Shown here piece by piece: positions 18,758 through 27,970 of a DNA stretch of 64,000 bases. A model generated the notes under the pieces. The model was given only the letters and a program-made list of their open reading frames with translations. It had not been told where the DNA came from and ran no database searches. The first letter of the stretch is position 1. Each line of letters starts with the position of its first letter. The stretch lies in the NCBI GenBank assembly GCA_000992085.1, contig LBTN01000005.1, positions 4,999-68,998 on the forward strand, in the 5' to 3' direction. The translations under genes and the position numbers were made by a program. The DNA comes from Candidatus Magasanikbacteria bacterium GW2011_GWA2_37_8. GTDB taxonomy: Bacteria; Patescibacteriota; Patescibacteriia; Magasanikbacterales; GWA2-37-8.

Positions 18758-19789
18758 TTAATTTAAAATCAACCCACCATTCAAACTATTTTCTTTATTA
18801 CCATTATCGCGGTGGACATTAATTACCAAACGTCTTAAAATTTCTTCAAATTCGATGCCATATAATTTTAAAACATTACTAACAGCACACTCTACCCCAA
18901 AAGCAGGATTGGCGTTACAGTCGATAAAATAATACCGGCCAGATTCATCTTGACGCACATCAAACTTGGCATAATCATCCATTTTTAAAACATCAAAAGC
19001 CGAACGAACATAACCTTCCAAAATATCATTGCCGTCAGCACGGGCATAATCATAACTATTAATATCATGCCAAACTGCGTCAAAAGAAGCAATTTTATAT
19101 TTTTCGGCTGAATCACGAAATACTTTTTCTCCAATATATACTTTGCGAATTGCTCCTTCGAGTAAATAAGCGGTAAGTTCTTTACCAACAATAAATTCTT
19201 CTACCAAAACCGGCTGCTTGTAAGTACTGATCAAATTTTTTAATTGATTACGTAATCCAGCTTCGTTTTCGCTAACCGAATTTTGATCAATCGCTACGCT
19301 ACCATGAACTTCATTTAATTTGGAAATTAAAGGAAATTTTAAATGCATGTCGATTGGGTCGTTGGCAGTCTTAAATAATTGATAGCGGGGCAATGGTACA
19401 CCGGCTTGTTCTAATAATTTTTTGGTTAAAAATTTATTAGAATTAATAGATAACCCAAGCATGCCAGTGCCTAAATATGGAATATTTAATAATTCTAAAG
19501 TGCCAGGAATAGCCGCCGACAAATATTCTTTACCTTCCACCGAATCTACTAAATTTAATACAAAATCTAATGGTTTTTTCTTACGAAGAATCTCGGTTAA
19601 ATCACTGTTGCCTGGCACCAAATCAACAACATACCCTAATTTTTCAAAATACGGCACCAAAGTTTTAGCACGCTCGAACACTTCCGCCTCGGAAATATAT
19701 TGTTCTTCGGTTGGGAAGTATTCTCGTTTAGCATCACTATATAAAATAGCGATGTGTTTGTGATTGGTTATTTCCATTTTATTATCCAT
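18758..19789 (-). CDS. ATP-grasp ligase, D-alanine--D-alanine ligase family (tandem paralog)
   Basis: EEFIVGKELTAYLL..., FDVRQDESGRYYFIDCNANPA. It is a paralog of the adjacent gene. Confidence 0.7.
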   Translation of the reverse strand: MDNKMEITNHKHIAILYSDAKREYFPTEEQYISEAEVFERAKTLVPYFEKLGYVVDLVPGNSDLTEILRKKKPLDFVLNLVDSVEGKEYLSAAIPGTLELLNIPYLGTGMLGLSINSNKFLTKKLLEQAGVPLPRYQLFKTANDPIDMHLKFPLISKLNEVHGSVAIDQNSVSENEAGLRNQLKNLISTYKQPVLVEEFIVGKELTAYLLEGAIRKVYIGEKVFRDSAEKYKIASFDAVWHDINSYDYARADGNDILEGYVRSAFDVLKMDDYAKFDVRQDESGRYYFIDCNANPAFGVECAVSNVLKLYGIEFEEILRRLVINVHRDNGNKENSLNGGLILN

Positions 19790-19999
19790 ATAAATAAATA
19801 TTCAAAAAAATTAACTGACCAGAAGATCCAGCGTTTGGTTGCTCTTTAACGGGTTAAAGAGTAATCAAACATGGGATTAGAACAAACAATTTCGCGTTTA
19901 TTTGCCCTCGAGCGGGTTGTGCCCCGCAGGGCACCCTTTTGCCCTCGCGGGCAAAAAAAGCGAGGGGGCAAATAAACGTGGAATTGTGATTATGATTTA

Positions 20000-20045
20000 A
20001 TAAAATAAACAAAATCCCAAGTCAACCACAGTCAACTTGGGATTA
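20000..20045 (-). terminator. ileS intrinsic terminator
   Basis: On the minus strand AATCCCAAGTTGAC..GTCAACTTGGGATT is followed by TTTTGTTTATTTTATT. Confidence 0.55.
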
Positions 20046-20172
20046 AATTTTAGTCAGAGATTAAATTAGGGAAAGGATCCTCCGTAAAGGACACATGATT
20101 CATAATATTTTTTCTGGTGTAATTATATCACCACTCACCCTAGTGTCAAGAGATTTTTGCCATGTGGATAAG

Positions 20173-23118
20173 TTAAACTAAAGCAATCATTACTTTACCC
20201 TCTCCTACTTCTATTTCTACCGCACCGTCCCTAGCTTCCAACACCAAATCTTTGGCTTTAACCGATGCTATTAATTCTGTTTTATATACCTCAAAAACTT
20301 CAACCAATTCTTTGTCTTCAGTATGCCAAAAAATAGTTACCAAATCCGCTGGGGTAAGATTTTTCTCTTTACGCATCTGATTTATCCCACGAACAAGTTC
20401 GCGCAACAAACCTTCACGTTTAAGTTCGGGGGTAATAACCGTATTTAATCTAATCTTAATTTCAGATTCTTCTTTTGTTACACCATCTTCTTGGTCTCGC
20501 ACTACTTCTGTATATTTAACCTCTTTTACATTCAATTCATCAGCTGCCATTTTCTCCAATTGTTCTGAAAGTTGTTTTCCTTGATAACGTACATATTGTA
20601 GTGGTTGTCTTACCTTCACTCCACTTTCTGCCCGAGCTGCCAAACCCATCTCCACAATCTTCCTAGCCAAAATCATTTCTTCCAAAACTTTTTCATTCAC
20701 CAATTTTTTATCCACCTCTGGCCAAGTCTCCAAATGTACTGATTCGATTATTCCTTGTTCCTTGCTCCTTATTCCTTTATATATCTTCTCTGCAATAAAC
20801 GGCGTAAACGGTGCCATTAACTTGGATAAAGTTAAAAGTACATAACCCAAAGTATCCGAAGCAGCCAAAGCATCGTTTTTATCATCTCCTTTAAATCTAT
20901 CACGCGAACGACGCACATACCACTGCGATAATTCGGTAACAAAATCCAAAATTGGTCGAGAAGCATCAGTCAAACGATAACCCTCCATGCCTTTGGTAAC
21001 ATCACCAATCAATACTTGCAATTTTGCCAAAATCCACTTGTCCAATATATTCTCACTTACTCCTTGTTCCTTATTCCTTATTCCTTCACTCGCAAACATT
21101 TCGTAAAATGTAACTACATTCCACAAAGTATTAATTAATTTACTATAAACTTCACGCACCCCAATCTCAGAAAAATTTAACCCTTCGGCTGCCATTACTG
21201 GCGAAGTAACCAAATAGTAGCGCATGGCATCAGCACCATATTTTTCCAAAACAATATCTGGTTCTGGATAGTTCTTTAAACGCTTGCTCATTTTTTTACC
21301 ATCTTCTGCCAAAACAATGCCATTAACAATTACATTACGAAAAGCTGGCACTGAATGTTTGGTCGGGATAATTGGTTTTTTACCACTAGTTAAAGCAGTG
21401 GCTAAAATATGCAAGGTATAAAACCAACCGCGAGTTTGATCTTGGCCTTCCGCGATAAACTCCGCTGGAAAACCAGCCTCAAATTTGGTCTTATTCTCAA
21501 ACGGATAATGCATTTGCCCATATGGCATAGAACCAGATTCAAACCAACAATCCAAAACCTCAGGAATACGTTTATATACCTTACCATCTTTTTTAATCTC
21601 CAAATCATCAATTTTGTGTTTATGAAGATCAGTGATTTTTGCACCAGTTAATTGTTCCAATTCTTCTACATTCCCTATACACAATGCCTCACCATCCTCA
21701 TTTTCCCAAACTGGAAGCGGGGTTCCCCAAAATCGATTACGCGATACCGCCCAATCACGCGCGCCTTCAAGCCACAAACCAAAACGCCCTTCTTTTATAT
21801 GCTCTGGCACCCAATTAATATCTTTATTATTTTTTAATAGTTGTTCTTTTAATTCTGTAACTTTAATAAACCAACTATTGGTAGCATAATTAAGAAGCGG
21901 GGTATCACAACGCCAACAATGTGGATAACTATGTTCAAATTTTTCTTTGCTAAATAATTTTCCATTATGCGCTAACCATTTAATAATTTCTACATCAGTC
22001 GCTGTCGGCTCTTCGCGTGGTTTAACTTCATGGCCAGCAAAATCTTCTACTTCCTCTACAAATCTCCCATCCATTTTTACGTGTTGCACCAGCGGTATCC
22101 CCTCACGTTTGCCCACATTATAATCGTCTTCACCAAAAGCTGGAGCAATATGTACCACACCAGTACCGTCTTCGGTGGTAACAAAATCAGCGCCTACTAC
22201 TCGAAAGGCATTAGAGGTATTAACAAAATATGGAAATAACGGTTCATATTCAAGACCGATTAAATCCGAACCCTTGAATGTTTTATCTAACACATAACTC
22301 GTATCACGTAACACAGTTTCTAATCTATCCTTGGCCAATACCAAATTTTCTTCACCAACTTTTACTAAAACATAATCAATATCACTACCAACTGCCAACA
22401 AAACATTTCCTGGCAAAGTCCAAGGCGTAGTTGTCCAAGCCAAAATATACACCGGCCCGCTCACGTCTCGTAATTTTTCCTTATTACTTACTCCTTGTTC
22501 CTTTATACAAAACTTCATAGTCACTGAAATGTCTTTTACATCTTTATATCCCTGCGTTACTTCAAAATTTGATAACGGCGTTACACAGCGCGGACAAATA
22601 TGCATGGCCTTGTGCCCTTTGTAAATCAAATTCAAATCCCAAAGCTGTTTAAACACCCACCAAACACTTTCCATATATGGCAAATCCATGGTTTTATAAT
22701 CATTTTCCATATCAACCCAGCGCCCCATACGTTTGATAGTCTTTTTCCATTCTTCCGCGTATTTCAAAACCGTTGCCCGACAAGCTTCATTAAATTTGGC
22801 TACACCATATTCTTCAATATCTTTTTTACTATTCAAATTTAATTCTTTCTCAATAATATTCTCCACTGGTAACCCATGGCAATCCCAACCCCACCGGCGT
22901 TCCACGCGTTTTCCTTGCATGGTCCAATAACGTGGTACCACATCTTTCATAAGCGAAGCCACAATATGCCCATAATGAGGAAGTCCGGTAGCAAAAGGCG
23001 GACCATCATAAAAAACATATGGCTTATCCTCTGGACGTTCAGAAACAGATTTTTCAAAAATTTTGTTATCCTCCCAAAATTTTAAGACTTCTTTTTCGTT
23101 GTCGTTAGCGTTATACAT
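20173..23118 (-). CDS. ileS: Isoleucine--tRNA ligase
   Basis: 981 aa. HIGH (PHYGH) and KMSKR (KMSKRLKN) motifs. Carries three in-frame copies of the (GGARTAA)n repeat. Confidence 0.93.
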   Translation of the reverse strand: MYNANDNEKEVLKFWEDNKIFEKSVSERPEDKPYVFYDGPPFATGLPHYGHIVASLMKDVVPRYWTMQGKRVERRWGWDCHGLPVENIIEKELNLNSKKDIEEYGVAKFNEACRATVLKYAEEWKKTIKRMGRWVDMENDYKTMDLPYMESVWWVFKQLWDLNLIYKGHKAMHICPRCVTPLSNFEVTQGYKDVKDISVTMKFCIKEQGVSNKEKLRDVSGPVYILAWTTTPWTLPGNVLLAVGSDIDYVLVKVGEENLVLAKDRLETVLRDTSYVLDKTFKGSDLIGLEYEPLFPYFVNTSNAFRVVGADFVTTEDGTGVVHIAPAFGEDDYNVGKREGIPLVQHVKMDGRFVEEVEDFAGHEVKPREEPTATDVEIIKWLAHNGKLFSKEKFEHSYPHCWRCDTPLLNYATNSWFIKVTELKEQLLKNNKDINWVPEHIKEGRFGLWLEGARDWAVSRNRFWGTPLPVWENEDGEALCIGNVEELEQLTGAKITDLHKHKIDDLEIKKDGKVYKRIPEVLDCWFESGSMPYGQMHYPFENKTKFEAGFPAEFIAEGQDQTRGWFYTLHILATALTSGKKPIIPTKHSVPAFRNVIVNGIVLAEDGKKMSKRLKNYPEPDIVLEKYGADAMRYYLVTSPVMAAEGLNFSEIGVREVYSKLINTLWNVVTFYEMFASEGIRNKEQGVSENILDKWILAKLQVLIGDVTKGMEGYRLTDASRPILDFVTELSQWYVRRSRDRFKGDDKNDALAASDTLGYVLLTLSKLMAPFTPFIAEKIYKGIRSKEQGIIESVHLETWPEVDKKLVNEKVLEEMILARKIVEMGLAARAESGVKVRQPLQYVRYQGKQLSEQLEKMAADELNVKEVKYTEVVRDQEDGVTKEESEIKIRLNTVITPELKREGLLRELVRGINQMRKEKNLTPADLVTIFWHTEDKELVEVFEVYKTELIASVKAKDLVLEARDGAVEIEVGEGKVMIALV
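20748..20780. repeat. (GGARTAA)n repeat in-frame inside ileS
   Basis: Encodes ..IKEQGVSNKEK.. on the minus strand. Confidence 0.7.
21055..21089. repeat. (GGARTAA)n repeat in-frame inside ileS
   Basis: Encodes ..SEGIRNKEQGVS.. on the minus strand. Confidence 0.7.
22477..22507. repeat. (GGARTAA)n repeat in-frame inside ileS
   Basis: Encodes ..GIRSKEQGII.. on the minus strand. Confidence 0.7.
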
Positions 23119-23261
23119 ATTAAAATTTAAAATTAATTAATTTACTTCTTCACACACCAACCGTTCTTGTCCCTTTCTTTTATAAGAAAGTGACGCAAAG
23201 AAATCGCGAGTTGTGAATAAATTTGAAAAAATTTTGTAACGCGTCGTTACTTTTAGCTCTA

Positions 23262-23468
23262 ACTCGCTACGCTCAAACAGAGAGCCAAACCCTCCCTATG
23301 GTCGGGTCGTTCCTCCTTGTTTACAAATTTATTTCAAATTTACTCAATACTCGCCTCGCCAACGTTGGCCAACTGTCCCGAGCCTTGGTGAGTGAGGTTT
23401 AATTTAGAGGTGAATTAACGTGATCCGCCCGTAGGGCGGATTTGACTCGCTGTTTGAGCGAAGCGAGT
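23262..23468. repeat. MITE-like element with 19-bp terminal inverted repeats
   Basis: ACTCGCTACGCTCAAACAG (23262-23280) against CTGTTTGAGCGAAGCGAGT (23450-23468). The internal CCGCCCgtaGGGCGG hairpin lies in a GC-enriched noncoding stretch. Confidence 0.4.
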
Positions 23469-23573
23469 TCGAGTCAAAAACATTAATGAACCCTAAATTA
23501 TCCGAACGAACCACCAGCTCGAAGTTTTTGCTCCACTTTTTTTAAAAAGTGGAAGGCAATTGGCTTTATTTAA

Positions 23574-23606
23574 AAAAATAAAAAACACGAATAATATCGT
23601 GCCAAG
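23574..23606 (-). terminator. Intrinsic terminator of an unannotated minus-strand transcript upstream of ileS
   Basis: On the minus strand CACGAtattatTCGTG is followed by TTTTTTATTTTTTT. Confidence 0.55.
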
Positions 23607-23859
23607 AGTCCGCGACTTTGTCGGGACGGTACCATCTTGTGCTTTAGCTTAATTACGGCTATAACGGGCCAACCCGCAGGGTTCTACTTACCACTTCTGG
23701 CTTTCTTCCCCAAGCTCCTCGCTGATAACGAGTTTTAATGCTTTTCTTATGTGTTTATCTTACTCAAAAAAACATTAACTGTCAACTGTTGCGTGTCAAC
23801 TGTTGCGAATTCTTATTAAAAACTATATAATACATTTACCAAATCAAAATTCGATCAAT

Positions 23860-23890
23860 TTATTCCTTACTCCTTATTCTTTATTCTTTT
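23860..23890. repeat. (GGARTAA)n repeat, 5' UTR of the rpiB-like gene
   Basis: TTTATTCCTTACTCCTTATTCTTTATTCTTTT. Confidence 0.7.
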
Positions 23891-23894
23891 ATAT

Positions 23895-24215
23895 ATGCTT
23901 TATATCGGCTCCGATTATGCTGGTTTTGATCTTAAAACAAAACTTGTAACTTATCTTAAAAAACAATTAAAATTAAAAGTAGAAGATTTGGGTGCTTTTG
24001 AAAAAACTGAAGACGATTTTGTAGATTACGCTGTACCAGTAGCCAAAGCAGTCGCTAAAAATGAAGCCAACCGCGGAATTCTAATTTGTGATAGTGGTCA
24101 TGGTATGAATATTGCCGCTAATAAAATAAAAGGCATACGAGCTTCTGAAACTGATTTTATCCCACTCGAACGCCGTATCCGCCGTATGAAAAAAATCGCA
24201 AAGTTGGAGAAATAA
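23895..24215 (+). CDS. Ribose-5-phosphate isomerase B-like protein, C-terminally truncated (possible pseudogene)
   Basis: N-terminal 80 aa match RpiB/LacAB (GSDYAGFDLK..., GILICDSGHGMNIAANKIKGIRA). The C-terminal third, including the catalytic His region, is replaced by unrelated sequence. Confidence 0.55.
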   Translation: MLYIGSDYAGFDLKTKLVTYLKKQLKLKVEDLGAFEKTEDDFVDYAVPVAKAVAKNEANRGILICDSGHGMNIAANKIKGIRASETDFIPLERRIRRMKKIAKLEK

Positions 24216-24217
24216 TT

Positions 24218-24853
24218 ATGCCAAAAATCATTCCCACCATATTAGCCACAACCTACACTCAATTCGAAGAACAATTTAAAAAAGTTTCACCTTTTTTCGA
24301 TTTAATTCAAATCGATGTAATGGATGGAAAATTTGTTAGTAATCAATCTTTTGCTGAAATTGATAATATAAACAACGTCAACCTTAACGCCAAATTTGAA
24401 TTACATTTAATGGTTGAACACCCGATTGAAGAAATTAAAAAGTGGAAAAATATTAAAAATATCGTTAGAATAATATTTCATATTGAATCAAAAGATAACC
24501 CCGAAGAAGTAATTAAAACAATTACAGATTTAGGGGTAGAAGTTGGTATTGCCATTAATCCAGAAACAAATACAAGCGCAATCGAACCATATATAAACCA
24601 AATTAATGAAGTTTTGTTCCTAACTGTCCACCCTGGAAAACAAGGAGCAGAATTTTTACCAGAAGTGGGAAAGAAAATTAGAAATTTTAATAAAACAAAT
24701 CTAAAAATTGCGGTTGATGGTGGAATTAATGAAATAAATATTGAACAAGTATGCGATTGGGGTGTAGATACTTTTTGTATTGGTAGTGCTATAATAATGG
24801 CAGAAGATACTGAAAAAGCAAAACAAAATTTATTAAATCAACTATCATCCTGA
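24218..24853 (+). CDS. rpe: Ribulose-phosphate 3-epimerase
   Basis: IDVMDGKFV and HLMVEHP motifs. 211 aa. Confidence 0.85.
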   Translation: MPKIIPTILATTYTQFEEQFKKVSPFFDLIQIDVMDGKFVSNQSFAEIDNINNVNLNAKFELHLMVEHPIEEIKKWKNIKNIVRIIFHIESKDNPEEVIKTITDLGVEVGIAINPETNTSAIEPYINQINEVLFLTVHPGKQGAEFLPEVGKKIRNFNKTNLKIAVDGGINEINIEQVCDWGVDTFCIGSAIIMAEDTEKAKQNLLNQLSS

Positions 24854-24949
24854 ATGTAATGAAGGATCTTCACCAACGGACAGAGATCTTTCACTTCGCT
24901 CAAGATGACAATATTATAACTTTATTAACTTTAAAACTTTATAACTCCT

Positions 24950-25897
24950 ATGCTCGACCTATTAATCATTGGCGCTTCTGCTGCTGGTTCTAGCGCTGCT
25001 ATCTATGCCGCCAGAAGAAAACTAAATTTTAAAGTCGTTACCGATAATATTGGTGGCGAAGTTGCTTTATCCGGAGTAGTAAATAACTGGCCAGGAATTA
25101 TTGAAATTCAAGGCTACGAACTAGCTCAAAAATTTAATGAACATGTAAAATCATACAACGTTGCAATCGACGAAGGCTGGCGAGTAGAAAAAATCGTTTC
25201 AGAAAACAACCATCACACTGTTACCACTAAAAATTCTACAGGAGAAATTCGTACTTACGAAACCAAAACTGTACTTATCGCTACTGGTATTCATCCTCGC
25301 CGTTTAGATGTGCCAGGCGAAAAAGAATTATACCAAAAAGGTGTTACTTACTGCACCGTTTGCGATGGACCATTATTTAAAAACAAAGTTACTGCAACTA
25401 TTGGCTCTGGTAATGCCGCCCTAGAATCAGCTATGATGATGGCGACTATTGCCACTAAAGTTTACCTAATTAGTAAATACACTAATACTCAAGAAAATAA
25501 TAGCGGTTTCCCTAAAGGAGAAAATATTATGATCGACAAGGTAAAGGAACTGCCCAATGTAGAAATTATTTATGGTGCCAAAACTATTGAAATAGTTGGC
25601 CCAGAACGTGTAAAAGCATTAAAATATCTTGATGAAACTGGCACCGAAAAATCAATCGACGTACAAGGCGTAATGGTGCATGCCGGACAAATTCCTAATT
25701 CACAATTTATAGAAACAGTAGAAAAAACCAGAACCGGAGAAATTATAGTAGACCAAAAATGTTGTACCAATATCCCAGGAATTTTTGCTGCTGGAGATGT
25801 TACTAATATCCCATACAAACAAATTGGTATTTCTGCTGGCCAAGGCATCATTGCTTCTTTGGCAGCGATTGAATATATTAATAGATGGAAAGAATAA
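24950..25897 (+). CDS. trxB: Thioredoxin-disulfide reductase-like FAD/NAD(P) oxidoreductase
   Basis: GASAAGSSAAIYAA FAD site, redox-active CTVCDG and GSGNAA NADPH site. Confidence 0.75.
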   Translation: MLDLLIIGASAAGSSAAIYAARRKLNFKVVTDNIGGEVALSGVVNNWPGIIEIQGYELAQKFNEHVKSYNVAIDEGWRVEKIVSENNHHTVTTKNSTGEIRTYETKTVLIATGIHPRRLDVPGEKELYQKGVTYCTVCDGPLFKNKVTATIGSGNAALESAMMMATIATKVYLISKYTNTQENNSGFPKGENIMIDKVKELPNVEIIYGAKTIEIVGPERVKALKYLDETGTEKSIDVQGVMVHAGQIPNSQFIETVEKTRTGEIIVDQKCCTNIPGIFAAGDVTNIPYKQIGISAGQGIIASLAAIEYINRWKE

Positions 25898-25901
25898 CAA
25901 T

Positions 25902-26121
25902 ATGACAGGGATAATTTACAAAATCATTGGTGCTATTGGCTTGTTACTTATAACAAGCGGTGTGCTAACAAAAAAAAGCACGCCCGCGTAATATCTATTT
26001 TATAATGGGGGGAATTTTGCTTTTAATTTACAGCGTCTACTTAAAAGACCCCGTCTTTATTCCTTTACAAATTATTTTTACCATTGCTGGAATTTACGAA
26101 ATATACAAAATAAAAAAATAA
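25902..26121 (+). pseudogene. Split tandem paralog of the downstream small membrane protein (two ORFs of 29 and 38 aa in different frames)
   Basis: MTGIIYKIIGAIGLLLITSGVLTKKSTPA and MGGILLLIYSVYLKDPVFIPLQIIFTIAGIYEIYKIKK align to consecutive parts of the 26134-26487 protein. A G6 homopolymer lies at the second ATG. Confidence 0.4.
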
Positions 26122-26133
26122 TTTAAAATTTAA

Positions 26134-26487
26134 TTGTTCCATATGCCCCCTCTCGCCAATATCCTGCCCACCTTACCGTGGACATACATAGAAATAATCA
26201 TAAACGTAGTCGCTACCCTTGGTGCTATTTTAGTTACCTATGGTATTTTTTTAGAAGCCGAACGAAAACAAGATGCTGTATTTACTATTGGCGCTGCTTG
26301 TCTTTTAGTTTACTCTCTTTGGATTGGAAATAAAATTTTCTCCGTCGCTATGGCCGGCCTCATGGTTGGATCTTTTATCGAATTAATTGAAATTATGTTG
26401 GGCAGACACGAACATACCGAAAAACTAATTACAGAATACAAATGTCCTTCTGGAAACTGCCCACATGAACAAAATCTTAAAAAATAG
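26134..26487 (+). CDS. Small membrane protein with a C-terminal CPSGNC motif
   Basis: 117 aa with three hydrophobic segments. Confidence 0.45.
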   Translation: MFHMPPLANILPTLPWTYIEIIINVVATLGAILVTYGIFLEAERKQDAVFTIGAACLLVYSLWIGNKIFSVAMAGLMVGSFIELIEIMLGRHEHTEKLITEYKCPSGNCPHEQNLKK

Positions 26488-26498
26488 CCAAAATATTT

Positions 26499-27482
26499 AT
26501 GTTTAATTTAATTACAATTGGCGACGCTTTAATAGATACCCACGTCCAAATCGATGACGCTACCCTAGAATGCGATATTAACCACGAACACTGTCATTTG
26601 TGTTTAGATTACGCCAGTAAAATTCCTATTACCGGCAGCTTCCAATCTTTAGGTGGTAACGGCGCAAATGTAGCTTGTGGCGCATCTAAATTAGGACTAA
26701 AAACTGTTATTTTAAGCTCCGTTGGTAACGACTCTAATGGAAAATTGGTAGAAGAAGAATTGACCAAATTTAAAGTAAACACTTCTTTAATTTCTATTGA
26801 TAAAACCGCCCAAACTCGTTACTCGGTAGTATTAAATTTCCGTGGTGAACGTACAATTTTATCTTATCACCAAAAACGCCAATATGTTTGGCCAGATAAT
26901 ATACCAGCTACCGATTGGATTTATTACACCGGCATGTCTGAAGGTTTTGAAAAAATACAAACTAAATTAATTAATCATTTACGCAAACATCCCACTATTC
27001 GATCAGCATTTAACCCTGGATCTTACCAATTAAAACAATCCTTAGAATTAGTACAAGAAATGATTGCCCATACTAATTTGCTTATTATCAATTTAGAAGA
27101 AGCAGAAAAAATATTAAACACTACTTTGGCTAAAGAAAAAACTCCAGTCGCTTTAATACATAAATTACTTGCGCTAGGCGCAGAAGAAGTGGTAATAACC
27201 GATGCCAGTCGTGGCGCTTGGGCCGGCGATAGTGATAGTGTTTGGCATATCAACAGCTTCCCTGTTGAAGTAAAAGCCAAAACTGGCGCTGGCGATGCTT
27301 TTTCCTCTGGCTATTTGGCCGCCCGATTTAATAAATTAAGTTTAGAAGAGGCGTTAGTCTGGGGTATTGCTAATAGCTCTAGTGTAATTGTAAAAGTTGG
27401 GTCCCAAAACGGATTACTAGATAAAGCTGGCATAAAAAAGATGATAAACAAGTATTCCAAAATTAAGCCAAAAGCAGTTTGA
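26499..27482 (+). CDS. PfkB-family carbohydrate kinase (ribokinase-like)
   Basis: N-terminal GG dipeptide region and the C-terminal TGAGDAFSSGYLAA motif. Confidence 0.8.
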   Translation: MFNLITIGDALIDTHVQIDDATLECDINHEHCHLCLDYASKIPITGSFQSLGGNGANVACGASKLGLKTVILSSVGNDSNGKLVEEELTKFKVNTSLISIDKTAQTRYSVVLNFRGERTILSYHQKRQYVWPDNIPATDWIYYTGMSEGFEKIQTKLINHLRKHPTIRSAFNPGSYQLKQSLELVQEMIAHTNLLIINLEEAEKILNTTLAKEKTPVALIHKLLALGAEEVVITDASRGAWAGDSDSVWHINSFPVEVKAKTGAGDAFSSGYLAARFNKLSLEEALVWGIANSSSVIVKVGSQNGLLDKAGIKKMINKYSKIKPKAV

Positions 27483-27551
27483 CACCGCACCAGAACGGTA
27501 CATGACTATTTAAAAAACCGTCCGATTATCGAACGGTTTTTTTGTTAATAA

Positions 27552-27968
27552 CTATTTAAAAGGATTATAACCTTGCTCGAGCAAATTTATAATAGGTAAA
27601 AAAAGTGGCCGTGGCATTTCTTCCCAATCAAACCAATCAAAAAATTCTGTTTTATCTGGTTCCATTATTTTTGGATCACCAGAGGCATAATCAGAAACTA
27701 CAAATAAAGTAACATAATGTTTGCCTTCACCAGTATGAACATCGTTGGTATAAGGGCCAACCCAAATATTAGTTATTTCTATCCCCAATTCTTCTATAGT
27801 TTCACGACGAGCAGTCTCTTCTAAACTTTCCCCAAATTCCATATGCCCCCCCGGAAAACACCAAGTACCAAAACCATGAGCACCTTTTCTTTTTTGCATC
27901 AAAACTTTGCCATCTTTTTTGACAATTACCCCTACTCCTACTTTTGGTCTTTTGGTTATATCTTCCAT
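27552..27968 (-). CDS. NUDIX hydrolase
   Basis: Nudix box GGHMEFGESLEETARRETIEELGI. Confidence 0.85.
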   Translation of the reverse strand: MEDITKRPKVGVGVIVKKDGKVLMQKRKGAHGFGTWCFPGGHMEFGESLEETARRETIEELGIEITNIWVGPYTNDVHTGEGKHYVTLFVVSDYASGDPKIMEPDKTEFFDWFDWEEMPRPLFLPIINLLEQGYNPFK

Positions 27969-27970
27969 AT

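Noticed and set aside
23574-23660. Canonical T-box riboswitch controlling ileS
   Set aside because: The T-box-like motif and terminator lie about 460 nt upstream of the ileS start, with no ORF in between. The match to the T-box consensus is only partial. It is recorded as an orphan candidate only.
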